Under the pieces are notes generated by a model that made no database searches, had not been told where the DNA came from, and worked only from the letters and a program-made list of their open reading frames with translations. A program made the position numbers and the translations under genes. Shown piece after piece: positions 23,001-31,494 of a stretch of DNA of 64,000 nt. The stretch lies in IMG/VR virus record IMGVR_UViG_3300035208_004923, positions 192,001 to 256,000 of that record; one strand, given 5' to 3'. Source of the DNA: a virus (lineage: Duplodnaviria > Caudoviricetes). How positions within the stretch are numbered: position 1 is the first letter of the stretch; every line of letters begins with the position of its first letter.

Positions 23001-24643
23001 TAAATATCATATTCACCAGATTCTTTTGTTATATCGTAGAAAAGACCGAATAAATTTGTTTTCTTCCAAACGTTATTTGGTAGCATTTCTTCTGATTGCC
23101 AATGCTTACCTTTTTGTGCAAGTTGCATCGGTATTTCAATTTGTTTGAAATATTGTTCTTGGATAGAAATGATTTCATCTTGTTCCATTGGCATAGGAAC
23201 AGTTGTTTGAATTGCTTGTATAACTTTTAATGAATCTAAATCATTTGACAAAACATTTTTACCTGTTGTTGGTTCTTGTATGTCTGAATTAATTTGGTAT
23301 ACACGTTTTCCTGTTATTCCTCTAGATTCCTCAGTTTTCATAAACGGTGTCAAGTTTCCGTTTTCTTTACTATTAAAATCAACATTATCTTCTCCGAATC
23401 TGCCAATTATTTCTGAATCTTCAGCTGGTAATGGGAATCCTTGTTTATTTAAAGAATTTGGCAATGGCTTAAATGAATTACCAAAACTATGTAATGAAGT
23501 TAAATCAATTGGCAAATTTGTAGATGCACTCATTGATGCCAATGAGTTTTTTGTTTTTAACTTTTGCGTTTTTTTCGCATTAAGCCAATATTCTTTTAAT
23601 CGAGTATCGCCATATCCAAAATAATTTATGATATTTATTAATGCTTTATACGATCCTATATATGGGAAAATATTATGATATTCTAAAAGCATTTCTTTTC
23701 TTTTTGCATTTAATAACAAAAAGTTAGGTAATTCTTCGTTAATATCTGAGTCTCTGAATATCTTTAATTCTTGAAGATTTACCTGTATGCCAAAATTTTC
23801 TAGCATCAATTTTAAACGTTCATCTTCACCTATTATTTCTGCTCTGAATTTTATCGTAGCATAAATGTAATCATTTCCTTGCACTGTTTCATATATAGAT
23901 AATGATCTTTCAAATATTCCTTCTACTTCAGATTTAACAGATACGTTAAATGAAATTGCATTACTTTTATTTAATATGATATTTCTTTTTCCGTTAAAAA
24001 CTTCATCTGATAAACCATCATCAATAATCGCAGTTGATACATTTACAATATTTACGAACGGCCGTTCATCACTTGTGTAATCAATATCAAATAATGAAAT
24101 TTCATCTTCTGTGTTATCTTCAAATTTGCCATTTAAAGATGTTGTAACAGTATTAAAAATATCTTTGTATGTTCTTGGAGATGTATAAACGCTTTCTTGT
24201 GAATTTATATCTGTCATTTCTTCTAGCATATAAATCTGCGCAGTTTCGATTAAACCTGTAGAGATTTTTGGCGTATAAACATCGCCCGTGTAAACATACG
24301 ATGGATAACAAAAACCTGTAGGATTTGCAGGCAATTGAATACTTAAGATTTCACCATCAGGACCTAACATTATAAAATCAGCAGAATCAATTAAATAAAC
24401 AGTCCCAGTGTCTTTATCATTTATAGTGATTGTGAGTTTATCGTTATATTTTGTTCCACCTTTTACAATATGAAATAATTCGATATTTCCATAAACATTA
24501 GTGACAACCTCAATTTTTGCATCAGCATAGTCAACAACCGTATCGTCATTTCGATTAACTGTAACCGTAACATATTCTTCTTTGTTAAGATTAAGTTTCT
24601 TTCCGTATTTGTCGAAAAAATGTAAATTGTGATATAATATCAT
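20003..24643 (-). CDS. Large baseplate wedge-like protein with TWD(D/E) repeats and PKD-like C-terminus
   Basis: IGSYKALINIINYFGY wedge-like segment; about 10 TWDD-type repeats; WTFTKEGAYDVSL; next to gp6/gp25-like genes. Confidence 0.55.
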   Translation of the reverse strand: MILYHNLHFFDKYGKKLNLNKEEYVTVTVNRNDDTVVDYADAKIEVVTNVYGNIELFHIVKGGTKYNDKLTITINDKDTGTVYLIDSADFIMLGPDGEILSIQLPANPTGFCYPSYVYTGDVYTPKISTGLIETAQIYMLEEMTDINSQESVYTSPRTYKDIFNTVTTSLNGKFEDNTEDEISLFDIDYTSDERPFVNIVNVSTAIIDDGLSDEVFNGKRNIILNKSNAISFNVSVKSEVEGIFERSLSIYETVQGNDYIYATIKFRAEIIGEDERLKLMLENFGIQVNLQELKIFRDSDINEELPNFLLLNAKRKEMLLEYHNIFPYIGSYKALINIINYFGYGDTRLKEYWLNAKKTQKLKTKNSLASMSASTNLPIDLTSLHSFGNSFKPLPNSLNKQGFPLPAEDSEIIGRFGEDNVDFNSKENGNLTPFMKTEESRGITGKRVYQINSDIQEPTTGKNVLSNDLDSLKVIQAIQTTVPMPMEQDEIISIQEQYFKQIEIPMQLAQKGKHWQSEEMLPNNVWKKTNLFGLFYDITKESGEYDIYGMPITEDAFMFSEDEVIIKLFALREYLKNKFMPLNARIIDIVGEGIYFDRWAVNIWKDDVVAYEINRNDTVDFAINANDGLITDLQNYGEPNVEQPSDDTNISTLKDIFLNNFMNAGPFKNNAGPIACRTELILNDFILAWDDCPVTWDDLVATTWDDIAQKEMYEVEWLVEHSTKGKFTYNVRGKISTYKNVYVDLPYIGEYNITCILYDLTNHSVRKRKTLIVSLPNVDFIAFGRSLNTVLTWDELPNTTWDEMNCQWRNPAIANDVTWDDLDGLTWDDLDISKYKDQEKPFIQNQKRKIIRISEKDRYVGNITRVSLNTIICDGQYVTPKLRNAINGIPQDFVYLRSDEIIYRAGVLSADYSIEGETTVVCDSIPRGVNTNWDLLREVGGTVLIEGDISKVNNNNEGIAVGEYAIFEQDSINVPVVSNILITGTVAESSNIVAINTDVAINKVKSEYGKVYKLRTISNGNFAFNAETKTVTLPFIATDIFDNVTYDELIPGFSIIKVISNTSYGPIEQSLHVQHIRYDGTNTILDVIEIDNDMGIMVGSTNEISYEYWSFTVKLRHFIDNNENANTVFLNFNDYPYNAQFAYDSNDWRFDYIINDGSFSLLVTNIGFENDNTLLTLDDTHSELYYMSPDFDMSYITFDEDYARNRYGTDIYTWDNFDEVTWDDCSHLTWNMLEYNKAPLCEFEIMMVKPNGRIQFNELPFFEFKTIPVNGTLEEQFIAAVDELNSTENEGLQRFRYSLSAVGSPITYKINATAKGEGIYYLGYLQFANGVLGKYADPNYSHTYPVGNWSNWVNPYIYGLDNKYANWNPVARAYYEFGYDHTDNKGWYPAEKVDYSVIPSERYVYNSNANKFLYYEPADLNDTIYAKFPSLINSVDWRYADAYRLLYDYAITSPFTWDDLIASRTIMNIKRMTTLFFIATNSKIAGKNSYKWTITNHETKLDECVVTKEHLIWTFTKEGAYDVSLEIFDINGNSAVTTKQGLINVR

Positions 24644-24664
24644 TGTATCTTATTGATTATTTAA

Positions 24665-24674
24665 TTATATATTC
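24665..24674 (-). promoter_or_regulatory. Late-type promoter GAATATATAA
   Basis: Motif upstream of 24643, directly after a terminator. Confidence 0.55.
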
Positions 24675-24677
24675 CAC

Positions 24678-24707
24678 AAAAAATAAAGGGACATTTTATT
24701 GTCCCTT
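24678..24707 (-). terminator. Intrinsic terminator
   Basis: AAGGGACA-loop-TGTCCCTT plus T-rich tail on the minus strand. Confidence 0.7.
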
Positions 24708-24710
24708 CGT

Positions 24711-24977
24711 TTATCGCATTTTGATATGATTTTTATTTATTGCGTAGTTTCTGAATTTCTTTATATATTTAATTGAGTCAATAACGTATGATAGTAAATC
24801 GTCAAATGATTGAAGAATTCCAGTTTTCCGTGGGTCATCAAAATAAATTTTAGAAATTGAACGTTCAAATAATTTACCATGATAATCAAATCCGTAATTT
24901 TGTACGTCATCTTGAAAATGTTCTGCTACTTCAAAATAACTTGGTCTATTTGCATACTTATTATTTTTTGTTGCCAT
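24711..24977 (-). CDS. Small hypothetical (baseplate-associated)
   Basis: 88 aa, TAATG-coupled to gp6-like gene. Confidence 0.55.
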   Translation of the reverse strand: MATKNNKYANRPSYFEVAEHFQDDVQNYGFDYHGKLFERSISKIYFDDPRKTGILQSFDDLLSYVIDSIKYIKKFRNYAINKNHIKMR

Positions 24978-26662
24978 TACTTCTTAAGTTTATCCATATT
25001 AGCTTGATGCTTAGTCGCACTATATGATTTAGGTGTTATTTTTTCAAATATGATGTTTACCGGGCCTGGTTTAGAATTATCAATAACATCATTTATAACG
25101 ATTCCATTTCTATCTTTCCAACCGCCACGAATTAATGGCATTTCATTACGAGTTACAATGATATCTCCAAATTCATCAAGACCTAAATCTTGAGCGTTAA
25201 TATCATTTGCTTTAGATTGTTCGTTTTCTTCTGAAACAAACCAAATGTTTACACTATCAACGCCTTCAATGTTTTCGATTATTGCAATTAAGTCAGATTT
25301 TGGTATTCTATCACGTCGTTGATTTTTTAAAAGATAGTCCGATAATTTTGATACAATTTGGTCTTTAATCAAATCAGTACTATAATTTTCAAAAGTTATT
25401 AATGAAATGTTTATTGCGTATCTTTTAACAATTGGGTCAATAATTTGATTTACTACTGTTAAAACTTTTTGTCCGCTTTGTTCAATAAGATCATATATTT
25501 TTTTCTTTTCATCTTCAGATAATAAAAAATTTGATTGCGGAACGTTAAAGTAGTTTTCGTTTGCTCTTTTTCTTTTGTTAATGTCAGGCACTAAAAATAA
25601 ATACACAACATTATCATCAGCTGGATTGCTGTCATTGAATGTTGTATAAGCATCTATGTATGAAAAGTAATTAAACTTTTCTAAAAAGTATTCATAATTA
25701 ACAGTATTTGCTAATACATAATTTCTTGAGTTATGTGGAGCAATTAATTGTGTAAGATTTGTTGGTTCAGACGCAGAGCCAAAAGAAATACTTGTTTCTG
25801 CTGTAACTGTTACTGCATCGGTCATTGTAACTTCATTTCCTAACGCATCATAACCAACAGAATCGAATGTCCATCCAGAAGCATTTGATGTGCCTATGTT
25901 ACCTTCACCACCTGCAGTTACCAAGTATTGTATTTTTATTTCAACACCATAACCAGGTATTGCGCCATAATATCCATTGCCAAAGAAAACATCAATTCCT
26001 TCAGTTAATGATGTTTTTACTATGCAGCCTTTTGTTCCGTATGACATATCAGATAAACTGTCGTATATTTGCCATTCTTCAGAATTTACAAATACTTTAA
26101 CTTCATGCATATCAATATCTTTACCTTTTGCAGGAACAACATTGAATGAAAATAATTTATCGCCGTCACCGTATCTTCTTTGTGTTTCGATTTCACCTTG
26201 TTTAACATTTGCAATAAAAAAAGATCTTGGCTCCATTAATAAACGTGTATCTTCAGAAGGAAGGAATATAGTATAAGGTAATCCATTTTCTTTGCATGCA
26301 ACTTTACTAAAATTAGGAATAATTAAAGGGTTGCCATACATGTCAACCGATTCTTTATACGTAACACGAATAGTACCAGTTGCTGCAATTGCTCGTGTAG
26401 GATTATGTCCAGTTAAACGTGCTGCTCCATAAATAGAATTTTTCCTTGTTGCTGTTTGTATGTTTAACTCAGTTATTGAATCTTCGATATAATAAAACAT
26501 CAGTTGGCCCATATTCAAAATTACCTGAAGTAATTGACCGTATGGTGAAGCAACAGAAAAAACTTGTCCTGATTGTTGATACGTATCCGCAAGATAATGT
26601 ATAGCATCTTTATACATTTCATCGAACTTTATTCTATTTAGTTTGAAAATTTTTAATTCCAT
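24977..26662 (-). CDS. Baseplate wedge subunit (T4 gp6-like)
   Basis: ELNIQTATRKNSIYGAARLTGHNP...AA; VFFGNGYYGAIP; YLVTAGGEGN. Confidence 0.8.
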   Translation of the reverse strand: MELKIFKLNRIKFDEMYKDAIHYLADTYQQSGQVFSVASPYGQLLQVILNMGQLMFYYIEDSITELNIQTATRKNSIYGAARLTGHNPTRAIAATGTIRVTYKESVDMYGNPLIIPNFSKVACKENGLPYTIFLPSEDTRLLMEPRSFFIANVKQGEIETQRRYGDGDKLFSFNVVPAKGKDIDMHEVKVFVNSEEWQIYDSLSDMSYGTKGCIVKTSLTEGIDVFFGNGYYGAIPGYGVEIKIQYLVTAGGEGNIGTSNASGWTFDSVGYDALGNEVTMTDAVTVTAETSISFGSASEPTNLTQLIAPHNSRNYVLANTVNYEYFLEKFNYFSYIDAYTTFNDSNPADDNVVYLFLVPDINKRKRANENYFNVPQSNFLLSEDEKKKIYDLIEQSGQKVLTVVNQIIDPIVKRYAINISLITFENYSTDLIKDQIVSKLSDYLLKNQRRDRIPKSDLIAIIENIEGVDSVNIWFVSEENEQSKANDINAQDLGLDEFGDIIVTRNEMPLIRGGWKDRNGIVINDVIDNSKPGPVNIIFEKITPKSYSATKHQANMDKLKK

Positions 26663-26663
26663 T

Positions 26664-27026
26664 TTACTTTAATAATATTCCTATTGCAGGTGTTCCGTTT
26701 AGTTTTACGTCGATATAGCATATATCATTGGTTACACCTTGTTTAAATGAAATAACAACTTCTACATTAAAAAATTCCGATTCAGGAACGTATGTAGTTA
26801 TTTGTTGCAAAACCATCTTTTTCAAATCTTCGGCCGAAACTTTTGTTTCAAATACATAATCTTCAATACTTGTGCCAAAATCAGGTTCGCCTAAAACATC
26901 GCCTTTTCTTGTAAAAAGAATCATACGTATTTTAGAAAGAACGGCCTCATACAAATCACCATGTTCTAGTAATTCGGGTTGTATTGTTGGGTCATTTGCA
27001 GTTTTACAATAAATTTCTTTTAACAT
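26664..27026 (-). CDS. Baseplate wedge protein (gp25/GPW-like)
   Basis: ILFTRKGDVLGEPDFGTSIEDYVFE...YVP signature. Confidence 0.85.
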   Translation of the reverse strand: MLKEIYCKTANDPTIQPELLEHGDLYEAVLSKIRMILFTRKGDVLGEPDFGTSIEDYVFETKVSAEDLKKMVLQQITTYVPESEFFNVEVVISFKQGVTNDICYIDVKLNGTPAIGILLK

Positions 27027-27413
27027 TTATACTATAATTTTGTAAGCACCGTTTGCTTCTTTAAAACCTTTTTTTCTCATTACAGTAATTACAACAAGAA
27101 TTAATTCATTATTCTTTCTTGTAAGATTCGCAACAACATTTAAGTTATTTGCTGCATTTGAAATGCAATACTGTTTTCCAACAGTATCAATACCTTTTAA
27201 TTGTCTTTCTCCAATTTCTTCAATTGCTTTTTGTGTCGTATCTAAAATATCTTGGTTTGTAATTACATCACCGCCTTCATCTGTGTGACGAAACTTACGT
27301 TCTTCAGCATGTACAGTAGTATCAATTTCGATTTCAATTTTAATGTCATCGACTAGATTTCCTATTTTGCCTTCCGACATAAATTCATCAAAACTTGGTA
27401 TTCTTTTGTTCAT
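27027..27413 (-). CDS. Tagged small protein; possible RelE/DUF4258-like fold
   Basis: N-terminus MNKRIPSFDEFMSE; TVHAEER and VVITVMRK motifs. Confidence 0.55.
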   Translation of the reverse strand: MNKRIPSFDEFMSEGKIGNLVDDIKIEIEIDTTVHAEERKFRHTDEGGDVITNQDILDTTQKAIEEIGERQLKGIDTVGKQYCISNAANNLNVVANLTRKNNELILVVITVMRKKGFKEANGAYKIIV

Positions 27414-27414
27414 G

Positions 27415-27543
27415 TTAAAAATTATTTTTTATGAATTGATAAATCTGCCATATTTTATTTTCTCTAAACCATTGCTTACAGTCTAAACAAAATATACGCC
27501 ATTTATCTTTTCGACTTATCTCTATTTTTTTCTTTTTTGCCAT
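27415..27543 (-). CDS. Small basic protein (42 aa, CxxC), not in ORF track
   Basis: Hand translation MAKKKKIEISRKDKWRIFCLDCKQWFRENKIWQIYQFIKNNF; fills the gap almost exactly. Confidence 0.45.
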   Translation of the reverse strand: MAKKKKIEISRKDKWRIFCLDCKQWFRENKIWQIYQFIKNNF

Positions 27544-27553
27544 TAAGACATTA

Positions 27554-27856
27554 TTAATAGTATTGTTCTTTTATAACTTTTATGGCTTCTTCGATTGCTG
27601 ACGATAATTCAGACTTAGTTAAGCCAACAGTGCCTAATGCTGTAAGAATTGCTGTTAATGATTTTTCTGCATCATTAATAACTTTTGTTGATGAATTCTC
27701 GTCAGCAGGTTTTGTCATTGTTCCTTCAGGTGTAACTTCTTCCTCATCAACAACTTTCTTTTCAGCTGATTGTTGTGGTTGTGTACTTTGTGCAGGAGTT
27801 GATTTTTGTGTTTCAATCCATTCGGCCATCGATGGAATTCTTTTTATTTCAGACAT
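27554..27856 (-). CDS. Tagged small protein
   Basis: MSEIKRIPSMAEWIE; preceded by late promoter. Confidence 0.6.
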   Translation of the reverse strand: MSEIKRIPSMAEWIETQKSTPAQSTQPQQSAEKKVVDEEEVTPEGTMTKPADENSSTKVINDAEKSLTAILTALGTVGLTKSELSSAIEEAIKVIKEQYY

Positions 27857-27868
27857 AATGTATTTTAT

Positions 27869-27879
27869 TTTATATATTC
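27869..27879 (-). promoter_or_regulatory. Late-type promoter GAATATATAAA
   Basis: Exact motif. Confidence 0.65.
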
Positions 27880-27885
27880 TTTACT

Positions 27886-28332
27886 TTATAATATCATAAA
27901 TTCAAATCTATATCCTGCCTTTAAACACGCAAGTTCTTTTAGATTATTTGTTTTCGATTGAATTTTATATGTAAAACTTGATTTGACTTCAATTATTTTT
28001 CTTTCAGATATGATATAGATATCTGGTATGTAACGATGATCTTTGCCATCAAGACCTTTATAATAAATTTTTCCGATAAACCTTGCAATTGCGTCATCAT
28101 CAACAACTATGTCAGATTCTGCATAATCATTTAAAAGTATGTCAAGTGCTTTAGGTTCTGAACCTTGTACCCACACATGTTTTCCTGATGGGAATGTATA
28201 TGATTTTTTTATAAATCTATTTCCATCATCTTTTTTGATTTCACCAGCACGCATCCATCCATCGTCGGGTCCTTCTCGATATGTCTTTGTGTTTCTGTGA
28301 ACAAATTCACTTGGTTTATCCTTTTCAAACAT
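27886..28332 (-). CDS. PD-(D/E)xK endonuclease, catalytic domain only (paralog of 49528 and 61691)
   Basis: FPSGKHVWVQGSEP...HRYIPDIY...IIEVKS shared with the two plus-strand nucleases. Confidence 0.75.
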   Translation of the reverse strand: MFEKDKPSEFVHRNTKTYREGPDDGWMRAGEIKKDDGNRFIKKSYTFPSGKHVWVQGSEPKALDILLNDYAESDIVVDDDAIARFIGKIYYKGLDGKDHRYIPDIYIISERKIIEVKSSFTYKIQSKTNNLKELACLKAGYRFEFMIL

Positions 28333-28340
28333 AATTAATT

Positions 28341-28592
28341 TTATTCGTCTAATACGTCAATTGTTACACCAAATTCATCACGTAACATTTTACATGCTTT
28401 AATTTTATCTTCATCTTTTGCTGGACCACTTAAAGCAAATCTTTTACCATCGCCATCAATTGATACGATAATTTTTTTGTACCGCATGAAATTTTCCATG
28501 TACGAACATTGATTATTAACGCTTAAATCTCTGAAGTCGTGAATATTTTGTTCATTTATAAATTCTGTTAGCGTCGGTATTCTATTTTTCAT
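28341..28592 (-). CDS. Tagged small protein
   Basis: MKNRIPTLTEFINE. Confidence 0.65.
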   Translation of the reverse strand: MKNRIPTLTEFINEQNIHDFRDLSVNNQCSYMENFMRYKKIIVSIDGDGKRFALSGPAKDEDKIKACKMLRDEFGVTIDVLDE

Positions 28593-28597
28593 GTTTT

Positions 28598-28882
28598 TTA
28601 TTTATTTTCAATTTCGTGTCCGTTTGCTATAAGAATTTTTGCAATTATATTTAAAACACCGGATTGATGATGTGTTGCACCATAATGCATTATTATGCTA
28701 GCTATATCAGATCTGAATATAATTTTCTCATCTTTATCTGCTATATTAATTCCGAAATAATCATAAAAAACTTTCTTTAAAATGTCATATGTCCATTCAG
28801 ATTCTATATACGTTTTGTATGTTCTTGGTGAAACAAACATTTCATTTACATATTCGTTTAATGTAGGTATTCTATTTTTCAT
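28598..28882 (-). CDS. Tagged small protein
   Basis: MKNRIPTLNEYVNE. Confidence 0.65.
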   Translation of the reverse strand: MKNRIPTLNEYVNEMFVSPRTYKTYIESEWTYDILKKVFYDYFGINIADKDEKIIFRSDIASIIMHYGATHHQSGVLNIIAKILIANGHEIENK

Positions 28883-28883
28883 A

Positions 28884-29411
28884 CTAATATAATTTATCTT
28901 TTAAGGATTGATATTTTTCTTCTGCTTTATCAGCTTTTATTTGTAATGGCGCTAATTCTTTTTTGATTTTCTCAATTTTTGTATTTAATTTATTCAATTC
29001 ACCACCTATGCGATTTGCTTCTTTGTCTTTTTCTGCATCTGTTTTAAGATGACCAATAGTTTCTTCTTGGTCATGCATCAAGTTATTATAGTCATCTTGG
29101 TAACTTTTAAGTTCGTATTTCAAATCGCTAACTTGTCCATCTAACGCATAATAAATGTCTTCTGCTTTTTTGATTTCTGTTCTTAATTTATCATCATCAT
29201 TTTTATTTGCTAAATATTGCAAATCATAATCACTGTATTCTTTATTCGATAAGCTAAACTTTCCGTTTTCTTTGCGTATCCATCCATGCTGCGTTTTCAT
29301 GAATTTTTCGCCTTGCACTTCAATGAATCCACCAATTGGAGTTTTTGCAAACCCTGCTGGTAATTTTCCTTCATTTAAAAATTCGTCGAATGTTGGTATT
29401 CTTTGTATCAT
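28884..29411 (-). CDS. Tagged coiled-coil protein
   Basis: MIQRIPTFDEFLNE; C-terminal heptads. Confidence 0.65.
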   Translation of the reverse strand: MIQRIPTFDEFLNEGKLPAGFAKTPIGGFIEVQGEKFMKTQHGWIRKENGKFSLSNKEYSDYDLQYLANKNDDDKLRTEIKKAEDIYYALDGQVSDLKYELKSYQDDYNNLMHDQEETIGHLKTDAEKDKEANRIGGELNKLNTKIEKIKKELAPLQIKADKAEEKYQSLKDKLY

Positions 29412-29415
29412 ATAT

Positions 29416-30030
29416 TTATTTTATTTCTTTAAATTCTTTTCCATTAAATTTGAACCATCCACCCATACTTGTATTTGGGCCACACTCCATGTCAATTTCA
29501 ACAGATATTTGTTTTGCATCGTTATAACCATTTTTTGCAATTGCATCAGCTACAAATTCATTTTCTAACATATCAGTATCAAAAGGATTTGAATCACCAA
29601 GACAAATAAAAATTTTATTAGATTCTTTATGCCAATAAGTTATCCCATATTCGTGATTGCAAATAATTTCAATTGCTTTGGCGTAATTTACAAGTTTTTC
29701 TTCATCTATCAGCGAAGAACTGCTTTCAAAAATATATGATTCATTAACCGGTTCTTTAATTGTTTCGATACTTTTTATAAAATCAGGACCATCACCATCC
29801 CATCCAAAAGATTTTTTGTATTTGCCTGCATCAGGGTCTACAACAATTTCGTATGAATGACCAGTATTGCCTATGCCAGCAATATGTTCTAGCATTTTTA
29901 ATAAACTGCCTGATGGATTTCTTGCAACAATTTTTATAACTATATCGTTATCAGCTATTTCTTTTAATTTTGAATTTACACTAAAATCTTCTTTTATGAA
30001 TTCATCAATAGTCGGTATTCTTTGTATCAT
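29416..30030 (-). CDS. Tagged protein, two modules
   Basis: MIQRIPTIDEFIKE; internal VNES/IFES linker. Confidence 0.65.
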   Translation of the reverse strand: MIQRIPTIDEFIKEDFSVNSKLKEIADNDIVIKIVARNPSGSLLKMLEHIAGIGNTGHSYEIVVDPDAGKYKKSFGWDGDGPDFIKSIETIKEPVNESYIFESSSSLIDEEKLVNYAKAIEIICNHEYGITYWHKESNKIFICLGDSNPFDTDMLENEFVADAIAKNGYNDAKQISVEIDMECGPNTSMGGWFKFNGKEFKEIK

Positions 30031-30048
30031 ATAAAAATGAATATTATT

Positions 30049-30780
30049 TTAATGGAATATCATGAACCAGTCTGGTGAGTTTTCAGAATCAATCTTTTCT
30101 AATAGTTCTTTTATTTCGTCTTGTCCTTCAGATTTTATACCCTCACCATTTATTGTTACGCCACCTGGTAAGTTATATGTAAACATTGTTAAAATTCTTC
30201 CTAATGATATTTTTGCTTGCGCTGTACAATATCTTTGGAATGTCCAATCTTCAAACATTTTGTCTTCTGCTATTTTTATATATGCTTGCATGAAAACATC
30301 AGCTTTAGGGTCTCTACCTAAAATAACTAAACGTCGTGTGTTGTGATTAAAGTCATACGCAATTCTATCTAAGAAAAATGCTCTAGATAAATCCCAATAA
30401 GATTCATATGCAGTTCTTAATACCATATCATCAGCGTTGAATGGCGATAAATAAATTTCCTGCGCAATCATTTTCTCTGCAGAGAAATCTGCACCAAAAT
30501 ACGTGATTCTAGAATTACCTTTGATTTCTTTTACTTCATAAACAGAAACAACACAATCAGGTAATTGAACGGAACGCGTTTTTTTGAATTCTGCAGATTG
30601 GAACACATCTTTCTTAATTACAAAATAATGAGTTTCTACCGAATATTGATAGTTGATGTATGCCCATTTTAATGCCAAGTCAATAATACGATTGAACTCT
30701 TTGTCTGGAATTGCGTATGGCAATGCGCATGCAACTGTGAGTTCATCTTTGATTTGTTGAATAAATTCTTGTCTAGTCAT
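30049..30780 (-). CDS. Neck protein (T4 gp13-like)
   Basis: FQRYCTAQAKISLGRILTMFTYNLPGGVTINGEGIKSEGQDEI matches the gp13 C-terminal signature. Confidence 0.85.
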   Translation of the reverse strand: MTRQEFIQQIKDELTVACALPYAIPDKEFNRIIDLALKWAYINYQYSVETHYFVIKKDVFQSAEFKKTRSVQLPDCVVSVYEVKEIKGNSRITYFGADFSAEKMIAQEIYLSPFNADDMVLRTAYESYWDLSRAFFLDRIAYDFNHNTRRLVILGRDPKADVFMQAYIKIAEDKMFEDWTFQRYCTAQAKISLGRILTMFTYNLPGGVTINGEGIKSEGQDEIKELLEKIDSENSPDWFMIFH

Positions 30781-30794
30781 TATACGACATTATT

Positions 30795-31490
30795 TTATTT
30801 CCAGTCTTCTGGAAGTTCGTCAGGTTTACCTAAAGCTTTCGCTCTTTTTATTATGTGTTTTTTTGTTTCTGCTTTATTTGCACCTGTTCTGCCAAATGCA
30901 CGTATTGCGTTTTGCAAATCTTTAACAGTTTCAATTGGATATGAGCCATCTTCCATTGCAAAACCTTTATCTGTTAGTTTTTGTCTTTCTTCAGATGAAA
31001 ATTCCCGTTCAACAATATATGATATATGACTGAATGGCACATTTATTTCTTTTCCTTTATATTTAACAACAGCAAAATCTTCAGACCTTGATGATACACG
31101 ATTTATAACAGTTTCTTCTCCCAGTTCATTACTTGTTCCTGGGACAACAAATTCTATCTTATCACCTTTTGTTAATAAACGGATATCTTTATTTTCTAAT
31201 AATTCGCTTTCAAGAACAGCTTCAAGATCTTTTTTAACGAATTGTGTATTTGCATATATTCGCCATTCATCAAATTGATTTTGCATCATTGCAGCAATTT
31301 TTTCGGAACCTTTATAAATTTCATAATTCTTTAATCCATTCTTTTGGTTTATCTTATTGCATTTATATCCTTTTAATTTATTAGTTTCAATTGCTTTTAC
31401 TAATTTATCACTAGGTACCTCAATAAAATTAGAATCTTGATTTATTGATTCGTTTATAAATTCGTCTAATGTTGGTATTCTTTTTTTCAT
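30795..31490 (-). CDS. Tagged multi-module protein with C-terminal DUF6582-like domain
   Basis: MKKRIPTLDEFINE; AMEDGSYPIETVKDLQNAIRAFGR...HIIKRAKALG. Confidence 0.6.
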   Translation of the reverse strand: MKKRIPTLDEFINESINQDSNFIEVPSDKLVKAIETNKLKGYKCNKINQKNGLKNYEIYKGSEKIAAMMQNQFDEWRIYANTQFVKKDLEAVLESELLENKDIRLLTKGDKIEFVVPGTSNELGEETVINRVSSRSEDFAVVKYKGKEINVPFSHISYIVEREFSSEERQKLTDKGFAMEDGSYPIETVKDLQNAIRAFGRTGANKAETKKHIIKRAKALGKPDELPEDWK

Positions 31491-31494
31491 GTGT

